Shown: piece by piece, positions 1 through 14,736 of the stretch
Numbering within the stretch: position 1 is the stretch's first letter
Layout: each line of letters starts with the position of its first letter
Source of the DNA: an uncultured Chloroflexia bacterium
Lineage (GTDB): Bacteria; Chloroflexota; Anaerolineae; Anaerolineales; Anaerolineaceae
Direction of reading: 5' to 3'
Assembly (NCBI GenBank): GCA_963704755.1
Contig: OY969938.1
Span: forward strand, 1,800,001-1,832,000
DNA length: 32,000 nt
Notes under the pieces: generated by a model
The model's input: only the letters and a program-made list of their open reading frames with translations
The model's database searches: none
What the model was told of the DNA's origin: nothing
Program-made: the position numbers and the translations under genes

Positions 1-240
1 GTAGCCCATGCGCTTTGGCTGCCGCGCCCCAACCTGAAGACCGCGGCGACGGCCTGGATCTACGCCGGCGGGGCTCACCACACGAGCTTCAGCTACGCAG
101 TTACGGCCGAGCATCTACGCGATTTTGCCGAGATTGCCGGGATGGAATACCTGCAAATCGACGAGAACACCTGCGTGGATGAATTCAAGAAAGAATTACG
201 CTGGAATGATCTGTATTACCATATGGCCAACGGGCTCTAA
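1..240 (+). CDS. araA: L-arabinose isomerase, C-terminal fragment (5-prime part lies outside the window)
   Basis: Frame 1 is open from base 1 to TAA at 238-240. The translation ...YAGGAHHTSFSYAVTAEHLRDFAEIAGMEYLQIDENTCVDEFKKELRWNDLYY matches the conserved AraA C-terminus (GGAHHT...LRWN..YY) as I recall it from E. coli AraA. Confidence 0.75.
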   Translation, partial: VAHALWLPRPNLKTAATAWIYAGGAHHTSFSYAVTAEHLRDFAEIAGMEYLQIDENTCVDEFKKELRWNDLYYHMANGL

Positions 241-260
241 TCGCCGGGCCAAATCTGTGC

Positions 261-1385
261 TCATTCCGTCTTGCCATTCTTCTTAATTACCACAGCCGTA
301 AAATCGTCCTGTTGAACGGCATCCCCGGTAAAGGCCTGTAACGACTGCCACAATTCCTGGCAGATTTCTCCCGCCGATCTCTCGCGCAGGCGCACCAGTT
401 GTTCCACGATGCGCTCGCCGCCAAAGGAATGCCCGTCTCCATGGATCAACTCGGTCAGGCAGTCGCTGAAGAGCAGCATTACCCCGCCCTCCTCCAGTGT
501 GATCCGGTTTTCGTCCAGCACCAGGTCATCGAACACCCCCAGGGCCGCCCCAGGGCCGGGTTTTACCGCCAGCGGCCGGCCGTCGCCGCCCAGCAAGACC
601 GGCGCGGGGTGCCCGGCGCGGGCGTAGTCGAACGTCCCGCTGGGGCCATCCAGAATGCCGAAAAACAGGGTCACGAACATGTCCGCAGCATTCATATTCA
701 CCAGGTAGCGATTGACCCGTTCCAGCACCTCCCGCGGGCTGCAATCGGGGTCGGCCTCGGCATGGATCAGGCTGAAGGTCAGCGCCATGAACAAGGCCGC
801 CGGCACGCCTTTATCGGACACGTCTCCCAAAATAATCGCCGTGCGGCCGCGGCCGAAATCGAGAAACTCGTAAAAATCTCCGCCCACGGCGCGGGCCGGC
901 TCCATCAAAGCCCCCAGGTCGTAACCGGGCAGGCTTGGCGCCGATTCGGGCAGCATGCTACGCTGGATCTGCCGGGCAAAATCCAGCTCGATTTCCATTT
1001 TGCGCAGCAAATCGCGCTGCCGGTCACGCAGGCGCTTCTTTTCCAGGCTGGCATCGATGCGCGCTTTGAGCAGCACCTGGTCCACCGGCTTGGTCAGGTA
1101 ATCCTCGGCCCCCATCTGGATGCACTTGACCACGCTGTCCATTTCTTCCAGCGCCGAGGTGATGATCACGGGCGTATCGCGCAGCCGCGGGTCGGCCAGC
1201 ACCTGCTCGAGCACGCTGTAGCCGTTCATTTCGGGCATCTCGATATCCAGCAGCATCAATTCCACCGGGCAGGAGCGCAGCAGTTCCAGCGCCTGCCGGC
1301 CATTTTCGGCATACATCACCCGGTGGCCCTGCAATTCCAGGTAGCGGCCCAGCAAAAGCCGGTTGGTCTTGACGTCATCGACCAC
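261..1385 (-). CDS. Response regulator with receiver domain fused to a PP2C/SpoIIE (RsbU-type) serine phosphatase domain
   Basis: 374-aa ORF. Receiver motifs: LMLLDIEMPEMNG, IITSA, TKP. A coiled linker follows, then PP2C/SpoIIE-type motifs: GGDFYEF, ILGDVSDKGVPAALFM, DDFTAVVIK. The start is uncertain: the ORF track uses GTG at 1385, but the receiver beta-1 residues LLVVDD are encoded in-frame just upstream. Confidence 0.85.
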   Translation of the reverse strand: MVDDVKTNRLLLGRYLELQGHRVMYAENGRQALELLRSCPVELMLLDIEMPEMNGYSVLEQVLADPRLRDTPVIITSALEEMDSVVKCIQMGAEDYLTKPVDQVLLKARIDASLEKKRLRDRQRDLLRKMEIELDFARQIQRSMLPESAPSLPGYDLGALMEPARAVGGDFYEFLDFGRGRTAIILGDVSDKGVPAALFMALTFSLIHAEADPDCSPREVLERVNRYLVNMNAADMFVTLFFGILDGPSGTFDYARAGHPAPVLLGGDGRPLAVKPGPGAALGVFDDLVLDENRITLEEGGVMLLFSDCLTELIHGDGHSFGGERIVEQLVRLRERSAGEICQELWQSLQAFTGDAVQQDDFTAVVIKKNGKTE

Positions 1386-1408
1386 CAGCAGGCTGCCCCC
1401 GTTCAGAT

Positions 1409-1751
1409 TCAGGCATGGCTCAGCTTCAGCAGCGCGTCCTGGATCAGGTCGTATTCAGAGGATAAGTCCGCGGCCTTCTGCGCAATACCGGCCAGGCGGC
1501 CTTCTTTTCCCAGGGTCTCGATCTCCTGGGCCAGGCTGCCCAGGTGCAGGGCGCCGAAATTGTTGCTGGAGGATTTGATCGCGTGGGCGGCCCGGCGGAC
1601 GCCGTCGGCGTCATTGGCGGCCACGGCCTGCTGCAACTGCGCGATCAGCGCGGGCGTTTCCTCGCGGTAGGTATCCACCAATTCGATCACAAAATCAAGC
1701 CCGACCTCCTGTTTAAGTTCTTCGAACACCACCCGATCGATCAGGTTGTTT

Positions 1752-1759
<8 letters not shown>
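1409..1759 (-). CDS. Histidine phosphotransfer (Hpt) domain protein
   Basis: 116-aa ORF carrying the canonical Hpt motif [12 protein letters not shown]. Its ATG (1757-1759) overlaps the TGA of the upstream kinase (1752-1754) in an ATGCTTGA arrangement, indicating translational coupling. Confidence 0.85.
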
Positions 1760-7355
<5,596 letters not shown>

Positions 7356-7467
7356 CCATCAAAAAATAATACAAATACGATAAACGTAGTTTACTATGCG
7401 CCGCTTGAAACTGCAATGGGAATATTCGAAAACAGCAGGGTGTTCCTAAATGATCGGGGAGCGAGGG

Positions 7468-7510
7468 TTGATCGGTCCTGGCAAACTCCCCTCTTGACAG
7501 GACCGATCAA
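7468..7510. promoter_or_regulatory. Perfect 13-bp inverted repeat overlapping the -35 hexamer (candidate operator)
   Basis: TTGATCGGTCCTG (7468-7480) and CAGGACCGATCAA (7498-7510) are exact reverse complements. A third TGATCGG copy is at 7450-7456. Confidence 0.4.
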
Positions 7511-7522
7511 TAACTGTATTAT
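7494..7522 (+). promoter_or_regulatory. Candidate sigma-70-type promoter for the TetR/ABC operon
   Basis: TTGACA (7494-7499), a 17-nt spacer, then TATTAT (7517-7522). It sits about 95 nt upstream of the tetR ATG in an AT-rich divergent intergenic region. Confidence 0.45.
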
Positions 7523-7532
7523 TCACTCGATT

Positions 7533-7550
7533 TCCGAGTAATCACTCGGA
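7533..7550. promoter_or_regulatory. Palindrome downstream of the -10 (candidate TetR operator)
   Basis: TCCGAGT-aatc-ACTCGGA is a perfect 7-bp inverted repeat. A further ACTCGA half-site is at 7525-7530. It lies between the predicted -10 and the tetR start. Confidence 0.4.
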
Positions 7551-7617
7551 ATACAAGCAATCATTCTATTATCAAGTAAATACTCTTGTTTTATTGCCTG
7601 CCTTGAAAGGAGGACTG

Positions 7618-8280
7618 ATGTGCGCAAAATCGGATATTGCTGAGCGTGTCAACCGGCGTGAACGGCGTTTCCAGCGCCAGCGCAAGGAGATCATGGACGC
7701 AGCCGCGCGCCTTTTTGCTGAAAAAGGCTACGCCGCGACCTCCACCAAAGACATTGCCGAAGCCGCCGACCTGGGCGAGAGTACCCTGTATGGCTATTTT
7801 GCCAGCAAGCATGAAATTCTGCGCGCGATTTTATTGGACCTGATCGAGAAAGTGGATGCCTACCTTCAAAATGTCATGCCGGTGAAAAACCGTGCTGAGA
7901 TCATGGAAATGACCGACGGCCTGGCCGAAATCCTCCTGGAAAACTCCGTTTATCTGCGCGCCTTCGTGAGTGAAGTCATGGTCAACGATCAGGCCCTGGA
8001 CGAGTTCGTCATTCGCAGGTTCAAGGACTTTACTTTGCACATCCGCGAGTTAATCGAGCAGCGCAACCGCCGGGCCGATTTCGCTCAAATCGACCCGGTG
8101 GTCGGCAGCCGGGTGATGATCAGCAGCTTTGTCATGGCCTTCCTGCCCTACCTGCGCGGTATAGAACCCAGTCCAACCCCGGACAAACGCCGTGAGATCG
8201 CCGAGGCCGTGGTTAACATCCTCATGGACGGGGTTGCTGCCCGCCATAAACCCCAGAGTACACCTGGAGAAACGGAATGA
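7618..8280 (+). CDS. TetR/AcrR family transcriptional regulator
   Basis: N-terminal HTH AATSTKDIAEAADLGESTLYGYFASKHEIL. ATG at 7618 is preceded by AAAGGAGGA (7606-7614). The ORF track extends to TTG at 7594, which I consider less likely. The stop overlaps the next start (ATGA at 8277-8280). Confidence 0.9.
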   Translation: MCAKSDIAERVNRRERRFQRQRKEIMDAAARLFAEKGYAATSTKDIAEAADLGESTLYGYFASKHEILRAILLDLIEKVDAYLQNVMPVKNRAEIMEMTDGLAEILLENSVYLRAFVSEVMVNDQALDEFVIRRFKDFTLHIRELIEQRNRRADFAQIDPVVGSRVMISSFVMAFLPYLRGIEPSPTPDKRREIAEAVVNILMDGVAARHKPQSTPGETE

Positions 8281-9404
8281 TTCAACGTATTCTCGCGATT
8301 GTTCAAAAGGAGCTGACCCAGGTCCTGCGTGACCGGATCACCCTTATCGTGATGCTGACGGTGCCGCTCGTGCAGTTAATCCTGTTCGGGTACGCCATCA
8401 GCACCAACGTGCAGCATATTCCCATGGTCGTAGCCGACGAAAGCATGGATTCGTCCAGCCGCGACTACATCAGCGCCATGGTCAACTCAAGCTATTTCGA
8501 TATCGAAGAAACCGCTCTGGATGAAAATGGCGTGATGAACGCCATCGAAGCCGGCCGGGCGCAGGTCGGGCTGGTCATACCCCCCAACTTTCGCGCGGAT
8601 GTCCGGCGCGGAGACGCCCAGACGATGGTGCTGATCGATGGCTCGGATTTCTTCACCGCCCAATCGGCCTATGGCGCCGCCAACGCCATCGGCCAGGCCT
8701 TTGCTCTGCAAGTGATCACCCAGGACGTTTCCCAAATGTCCGCGGGCGCCATGACCTTGCCCTCCATCGACGCGCACACCCGCATCCTGTTCAACCCGGA
8801 TATCAAGGACCTCTGGTTCATCATCCCCGGTATGCTGGCCATGCTGATCCAGGTACAGACCATCACCCTGACCGCCATGGCGGTGGTGCGTGAACGGGAA
8901 GTCGGGACGATCGAACAGATCCTGGTCACGCCCATCCGGCCAATCGAGCTGATGATCGGCAAGACGGTGCCCTACATGTTCATTGCCCTCTTCAACATGG
9001 CTACCATCCTGGTGTTGGGCATGTTCTGGTTCGGTGTGCCCTTCCAGGGATCCCTGCTGCTGTTCATCGGGCTGATCTTCCTGTATATCATCTGCGGCCT
9101 GGGGCTTGGGCTGTTGATCTCGACCGTTTCGCAGAACCAGCGCCAGGCGCAGCAGTTGGTCGGCCTGGTGATGATGATGGCGATGATTTTGGGTGGTTTC
9201 TATTTCCCGCGCGACGCCATGCCGCTGGTCATCAAATGGATCGGTGACCTGTTCCCGCTGACGTACTTCGTCCCCATCTCACGGGGCATTATGACCCGTG
9301 GGGTGGGCCTGGCCCCCCTGGTTGGCAGCGTGGCAGCGTTGGTCATTTACCTGGTCGTGGTATTGGCACTCACATCGCGCAGTTTCCGGGAGAAGCTGGA
9401 ATGA
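8277..9404 (+). CDS. ABC-2 type transporter permease (YbhS/YhhJ-like)
   Basis: 375-aa ORF. N-terminal LRDRITLIVML anchor helix, a large extracytoplasmic loop, then a C-terminal bundle of hydrophobic helices. ATGA start/stop overlaps occur on both sides. Confidence 0.85.
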   Translation: MIQRILAIVQKELTQVLRDRITLIVMLTVPLVQLILFGYAISTNVQHIPMVVADESMDSSSRDYISAMVNSSYFDIEETALDENGVMNAIEAGRAQVGLVIPPNFRADVRRGDAQTMVLIDGSDFFTAQSAYGAANAIGQAFALQVITQDVSQMSAGAMTLPSIDAHTRILFNPDIKDLWFIIPGMLAMLIQVQTITLTAMAVVREREVGTIEQILVTPIRPIELMIGKTVPYMFIALFNMATILVLGMFWFGVPFQGSLLLFIGLIFLYIICGLGLGLLISTVSQNQRQAQQLVGLVMMMAMILGGFYFPRDAMPLVIKWIGDLFPLTYFVPISRGIMTRGVGLAPLVGSVAALVIYLVVVLALTSRSFREKLE

Positions 9405-10558
9405 AGAATAGCAAAAGCTGGCAGCGCCTGCGAGCGCTGCTTTACAAGGAATTTGTACAACTGCTGCGCGACCGGCGCACGCTGCTCATGCTGATTTTTA
9501 TGCCATTAGTCGAGCTGGTGCTGATGGCCTACGCGGTCAACCTCTCGGTGACCAACCTGCCCACGGCGGTATTGGATCAAAGCCTGGATTCCCGCAGCCA
9601 GGATTTCATCGGCGCCCTGGTCAACAGCGGCAATTTCCAGATCGTCGAGACCGTCTCCAGCCAGGACCAAATGATGCAGGATATCACCGCCGGTAAGGTC
9701 AAAGCCGGGGTGGTCATTCCCCCCAACTTTAGTGAAGATGTCGCTCGTGGAAACGGCAACGTGCTGATCCTGCTGGATGGCTCCGACCAGTTCAGCGTCG
9801 AATCCGGCTACAGCGCCGCCGTGGCCATTACCCAAAAATATTCGCTCGACCTGACCGCCGAAAAAATCAACCAGGCCGGCAGCGCCCTGGCAGGCACACC
9901 CATCACGGGCAACCTGCCGGTGGTCACCTCCACGCGCATCCTCTACAACCCGAACATGGACAGCATGGTCTTCATCCTGCCGGCTTTGATCGCCATGATC
10001 ATGCAGATGCTCACCATGAACCATTCCGCCATGGTGGTGGTGCGCGAGCGCGAGACCGGCGTCTCCGAACAGTTGCTGGCCACTCCCGCCCGCCCGCTGG
10101 AGTTAATCATCGCCAAGTTGATGCCCGGGTTGGTTCTGGTGGCCCTGGATTTGTTCGCCGTCATGGGTATCGGCATCGCCTGGTTCAAAGTCTCCTTCCG
10201 GGGTAACTTCCTGCTGTTCGCCGGGCTCTCGGTGCTCTTCATCCTGTCCTGCATGGCCCTGGGCCTGTTGATCTCGGCCGTGGCGCGCACCCAGCGCCAG
10301 GCGCAGCAAATCAACGGGTTGATCAGTCTGCCCATGATGCTCCTGACCGGCTTTCTCTACCCGCGCGCAACCATGCCCATGTGGACCAAGGCCATCGGGG
10401 ACCTGTTCCCTCTGACCTACTTCATCCGCATCATCCGCGGCATCTTTACCAAGGGTGTCGGGCTTTCCTTCGTCTGGACTGATGCAGTTTACCTGAGCTT
10501 TTACGCCGTACTGGTGCTGATCCTGGCGGCACTCCTGACCAAAAAGAGGTTGGATTGA
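9401..10558 (+). CDS. ABC-2 type transporter permease, paralogue of the preceding gene (YbhR-like)
   Basis: 385-aa ORF with the same architecture and shared motifs (LRDRRTLLML..., VVRERE.G..EQ, GDLFPLTYF). Clearly paralogous to 8277-9404. Confidence 0.85.
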   Translation: MKNSKSWQRLRALLYKEFVQLLRDRRTLLMLIFMPLVELVLMAYAVNLSVTNLPTAVLDQSLDSRSQDFIGALVNSGNFQIVETVSSQDQMMQDITAGKVKAGVVIPPNFSEDVARGNGNVLILLDGSDQFSVESGYSAAVAITQKYSLDLTAEKINQAGSALAGTPITGNLPVVTSTRILYNPNMDSMVFILPALIAMIMQMLTMNHSAMVVVRERETGVSEQLLATPARPLELIIAKLMPGLVLVALDLFAVMGIGIAWFKVSFRGNFLLFAGLSVLFILSCMALGLLISAVARTQRQAQQINGLISLPMMLLTGFLYPRATMPMWTKAIGDLFPLTYFIRIIRGIFTKGVGLSFVWTDAVYLSFYAVLVLILAALLTKKRLD

Positions 10559-10559
10559 T

Positions 10560-11511
10560 ATGGAACGAGATATCGTTATCACTGCCACCGACCTTGTAAA
10601 ACAATTCAAAGTTCGCGGCAAGACCATTCAGGCCCTGGACCACATCAGCCTGAACGTGGGCCGGGGTGAGACCTTCGGCCTGATCGGCCCGGATGGCGCC
10701 GGCAAGACCACCGCCGTGCGCGTCATCCTGGGCCTGCTGCGCCGGACCGGGGGGGCCAGCAGCATCCTGGGCTACGACTCGATGCGGGACCTGTATTCGA
10801 TCCGCGAGCGCACCGGCTACATCGCCCAGCAGTTCACCCTGCCGGGGGATCTGACGGTGCTGGAAAACATGCGTTTCTTTGCCAACCTGCACGGCATCCC
10901 GGCGGAAGAACAAGACCGTATCGTTCCGGAACTGCTAAGTTTTGCCGGGCTGAGTGAATTTACCGGCCGGGCGGCCGGGCAACTCTCCGGCGGGATGAAA
11001 AAGAAACTGGCCCTGGCGTGCAGCCTGGTCCACAGCCCCGAGGTGGTCATGCTGGATGAGCCCACCCTGGGAGTGGACCCGGTCTCGCGGCGTGAGTTCT
11101 GGAACCTGCTGGGGAACCTGCGCGCCGAGCGCGGCCTGACCATCTTTGTCTGCACACCCTATATGGACGAGGCCGAGCGCTGCAACCGGGTGGGCCTGAT
11201 CTTCCAGGGTCACCTGATCAGCTCGGATACCCCGGCCCGCATCAAGCAGATGGTGCCGGGCAAACTGCTCGAGTTCATCCCTACCCGCTTCGTTCCCACC
11301 CGTGACCTGGTCACCGGGTTGGACGGGGTCCTGGAGGTGCAGACCTACGGCTCGACCCTGCACCTGTTCGTCGATGACATCCCCGCCCGCCAGCCGCAGA
11401 TCGAAGCCGCCATGAGTGCGCAGGGCCTGGCCTGGACGGGGATGCGTACCATCGAGCCGCGCATGGAAGAGGCATTTATCAGCCTGATCCGTCGCGAGGA
11501 GGCCAAAAGCC

Positions 11512-11519
<8 letters not shown>
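10560..11519 (+). CDS. ABC transporter ATP-binding protein
   Basis: Walker A GPDGAGKTT, signature LSGGMKKKLALA, Walker B VVMLDEPT. Confidence 0.9.
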
Positions 11520-12537
<1,018 letters not shown>

Positions 12538-12593
12538 CATCTCAGGCTTTGCCTGACCAAAAAATGTGACAACTCAGCCATCGCAGGAGAACT

Positions 12594-12649
12594 GGGTGTT
12601 TTTATAATTTTTCGCATGAACTCGCATGCAAAAAATTATAAAAACACCC
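12594..12649. repeat. Long AT-rich-stem palindrome H1 (GGGTGTTTTTA...TAAAAACACCC)
   Basis: 19-bp outer stem (12594-12612 with 12631-12649), a one-base mismatch, then a 5-bp GC inner stem GCATG/CATGC with a 6-nt loop. Lies in the 171-nt gap between the second ATPase gene and the HlyD-type gene. Confidence 0.8.
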
Positions 12650-12708
12650 TGCCTGTCTGAACCTGCCTGAGGCTGATAACAAATAATTGTGGAATAAAGG
12701 AGCACAAC

Positions 12709-14055
12709 ATGAAACGAAAGTTCTTTACCCCTGCCCTTGTTCTCATCCTGTCGATGAGTGTGGTACTGAGCGCCTGCTCCGGCTTAGGCCTTTCGCAGCA
12801 GAGCGATACAATGCAGGCTTCCGGGACCATTTCGGTCACGACCATCGAGGTTGCGCCCGAAGTGAGCGGCAAGATCGCGGAAATCAAAGCCGATAAAGGC
12901 GACTCGGTCAAAGCCGGCGATGTGTTGGTCGTATTAGACCAGCAAGTCCAGCAGGCTCAGCTCGACCAGGCCAATGCGGCCCTTCAGGTGGCCCAGGCCA
13001 ACCTGGATGTTGCCCAGGAAAAGCAGAACAACGCCCAGGTCCAGTATGACCTGGCCAGCCAATCCGCCCGCCAGGCGGACAAATCGGCTCACTCTGCGCA
13101 GTGGAGCGCCAGCCAGTCCAGCCAGATCGAACTGCCGGCCTGGTACTTCGAGAAAGACGAGCAAATCAACGCCCTGCAATCGGTAGTCGCTGGCGCCCAG
13201 AGCGACCTGCAATCCGAACAGACCAACCTGGAAAATGAGCAGAAAGACGCCAGCAACAGCGACTTCATTTCGGCCGAAAAGCACCTGGCCGAAGCCCAGG
13301 CGGCCTACACCATCGCCCTGCAAACTCACGACGAAGCCCAATCCGCCAGCAGCACCGGCTACCTGCTCGATTCAGCCCAAAAGACACTCGACTCGGCCAA
13401 AGCCGACCTCGACTCGGCCCAGAAGTTATATGACCAGATGCTCTCCACCGACGCCGCCGACCGGATCCAGGAAGCCCGCGCCCGGGTAGCCGTGGCCCAG
13501 GAACGCCTGAACAATGCCCAGGATGCCCTCGATGCGTTGATGACCGGCGACAACTCACTTCAGCTCCAGTCCGCCCAGAGCAACCTGAACATGGCCAAAA
13601 CTGGTGTGACCCAGGCCCAGGCCGCCCTGGCCCAGGCTCAGGACGCCGCCAAACTGGCCCAGATCCAGCTCAATAAGACCAACGTGGTCGCACCCACTTC
13701 CGGCATCGTGCTCTCCCGCCCGATGAACCCGGGTGAGATCGCCGCCGCCGGTGCGGACGTAATCGAAATCGGCTCGCTCGACACCGTCACGTTGACCGTC
13801 TATATCCCCGAAAACGAATACGGCCACATCCAGTTGGGCCAGAAGGCCAGCGTCAGCGTGGATTCCTTCCCCGGCCGGACCTTCGATGGCAGTGTGACCT
13901 ACATCGCCAACGAAGCCGAATACACCCCGCGCAATGTGCAAACCGTCGCCAGCCGCAGCACAACCGTCTACCGGGTGGAAATCAGCCTGCCCAATTCGGA
14001 TTTGAGCCTCAAACCGGGCATGCCTGCCGACGCAACGTTTAGCATCGGCCAGTAA
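12709..14055 (+). CDS. HlyD-family periplasmic adaptor (membrane fusion protein), probable lipoprotein
   Basis: 448-aa ORF. AAGGAG lies 7 nt upstream of the ATG. Signal peptide with lipobox LSAC. A lipoyl-like half (GDSVKAGDVLVVLD), then a long Q/A-rich coiled coil, then a beta-barrel region (VVAPTSGIVLSR..., YTPRNVQT...VYRVEI). Confidence 0.85.
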   Translation: MKRKFFTPALVLILSMSVVLSACSGLGLSQQSDTMQASGTISVTTIEVAPEVSGKIAEIKADKGDSVKAGDVLVVLDQQVQQAQLDQANAALQVAQANLDVAQEKQNNAQVQYDLASQSARQADKSAHSAQWSASQSSQIELPAWYFEKDEQINALQSVVAGAQSDLQSEQTNLENEQKDASNSDFISAEKHLAEAQAAYTIALQTHDEAQSASSTGYLLDSAQKTLDSAKADLDSAQKLYDQMLSTDAADRIQEARARVAVAQERLNNAQDALDALMTGDNSLQLQSAQSNLNMAKTGVTQAQAALAQAQDAAKLAQIQLNKTNVVAPTSGIVLSRPMNPGEIAAAGADVIEIGSLDTVTLTVYIPENEYGHIQLGQKASVSVDSFPGRTFDGSVTYIANEAEYTPRNVQTVASRSTTVYRVEISLPNSDLSLKPGMPADATFSIGQ

Positions 14056-14086
14056 AGCTGCGGTTAGCGGATAGCGGTTAGCTTTC

Positions 14087-14272
14087 GTAGGTTGGGTTGC
14101 GGGCTCATTCATGGCATGGGTTCATTCGCCGAAGTGTTTATCGCATAAGGCATTGCCCGCAACCCAACACCGGCAATACCCAAGCACAATGTTGGGTTAC
14201 GGGCAGAGCCCGAAATGGCACACAATCCAACAAAATTGCCGGCGTTCCAAATGAGCCCGCAACCCAACCTAC
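14087..14272 (+). repeat. A-element copy 1 (186 bp, 22-bp terminal inverted repeats)
   Basis: GTAGGTTGGGTTGCGGGCTCAT at 14087-14108 is the exact reverse complement of ATGAGCCCGCAACCCAACCTAC at 14251-14272. Followed by AGGC. Confidence 0.9.
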
Positions 14273-14276
14273 AGGC

Positions 14277-14436
14277 TGGCATGGGTTCTTTCGCCGAAGC
14301 GTTTATCGCATAAGGCATGGCCCGTAACCCAACACCCGCAATACCCAAGCACAAGGTTGGGTTACGGGCAGAGCCTGAAATGGCACACAATCCAACAAAT
14401 TGCCGACGTTCTGAATGAGCCCGCAACCCAACCTAC
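14277..14436 (+). repeat. A-element copy 2, 5-prime truncated (lacks the left inverted repeat)
   Basis: Starts at TGGCATGGG, which corresponds to position 26 of copy 1. Ends with ATGAGCCCGCAACCCAACCTAC (14415-14436) followed by AGGC. Confidence 0.85.
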
Positions 14437-14440
14437 AGGC

Positions 14441-14547
14441 CGATATTCAACCGAATGCCGGCAGGGTTGAGCCCCACGCAGGTAGGGCTTCGTGTATTTG
14501 TTGCCGCGACCTCGGTCGCCGCCACAGACGGTTAGCTTTTAGCTTTC
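14441..14547 (+). repeat. B-element copy 1 (~107 bp companion repeat)
   Basis: CGATATTCAACCGAATGCCGG...GGTTAGCTTTTAGCTTTC; near-identical to 14737-14850 and 15417-15523. Confidence 0.85.
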
Positions 14548-14732
14548 GTAGGTTGGGTTGCGGGCTCTATCGCAACATTGGTTTTTGGGCAAAACATATA
14601 ACGCACCCAGGCGTGGCCCGCAACCCAACACCCGCAATCCTCAAGCACAATGTTGGGTTACGGGCAGAGCCTGAAATGGCACACAATCCAACAAATTGCC
14701 GGCGTTCCAAATGAGCCCGCAACCCAACCTAC
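14548..14732 (+). repeat. A-element copy 3 (variant left-internal segment)
   Basis: Same termini as the other copies, but the ~45 nt after the left repeat (TATCGCAACATTGGTTTTTGGGCAAAACATATAACGCACCCAGGCG) are unrelated to them. Confidence 0.85.
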
Positions 14733-14736
14733 AGGC

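Noticed and set aside
399-1670. 423-aa plus-strand ORF spanning the receiver-PP2C and Hpt genes.
   Set aside because: It is antisense to two genes with clear domain motifs. Its translation is Arg/Ala/Gly/Gln/His-rich with no recognisable motif, and it crosses a gene boundary. This is a typical shadow ORF of GC-rich DNA.
14155-14204. Integron attC (59-be) hypothesis. ACCCAAC fits the inverse core RYYYAAC, and GTTGGGT fits the core GTTRRRY in an imperfect palindrome.
   Set aside because: There is no intI, no attI/Pc and no cassette ORFs between sites. The elements abut each other, and the core match is short enough to arise by chance. A REP/MITE-like interpretation fits better.
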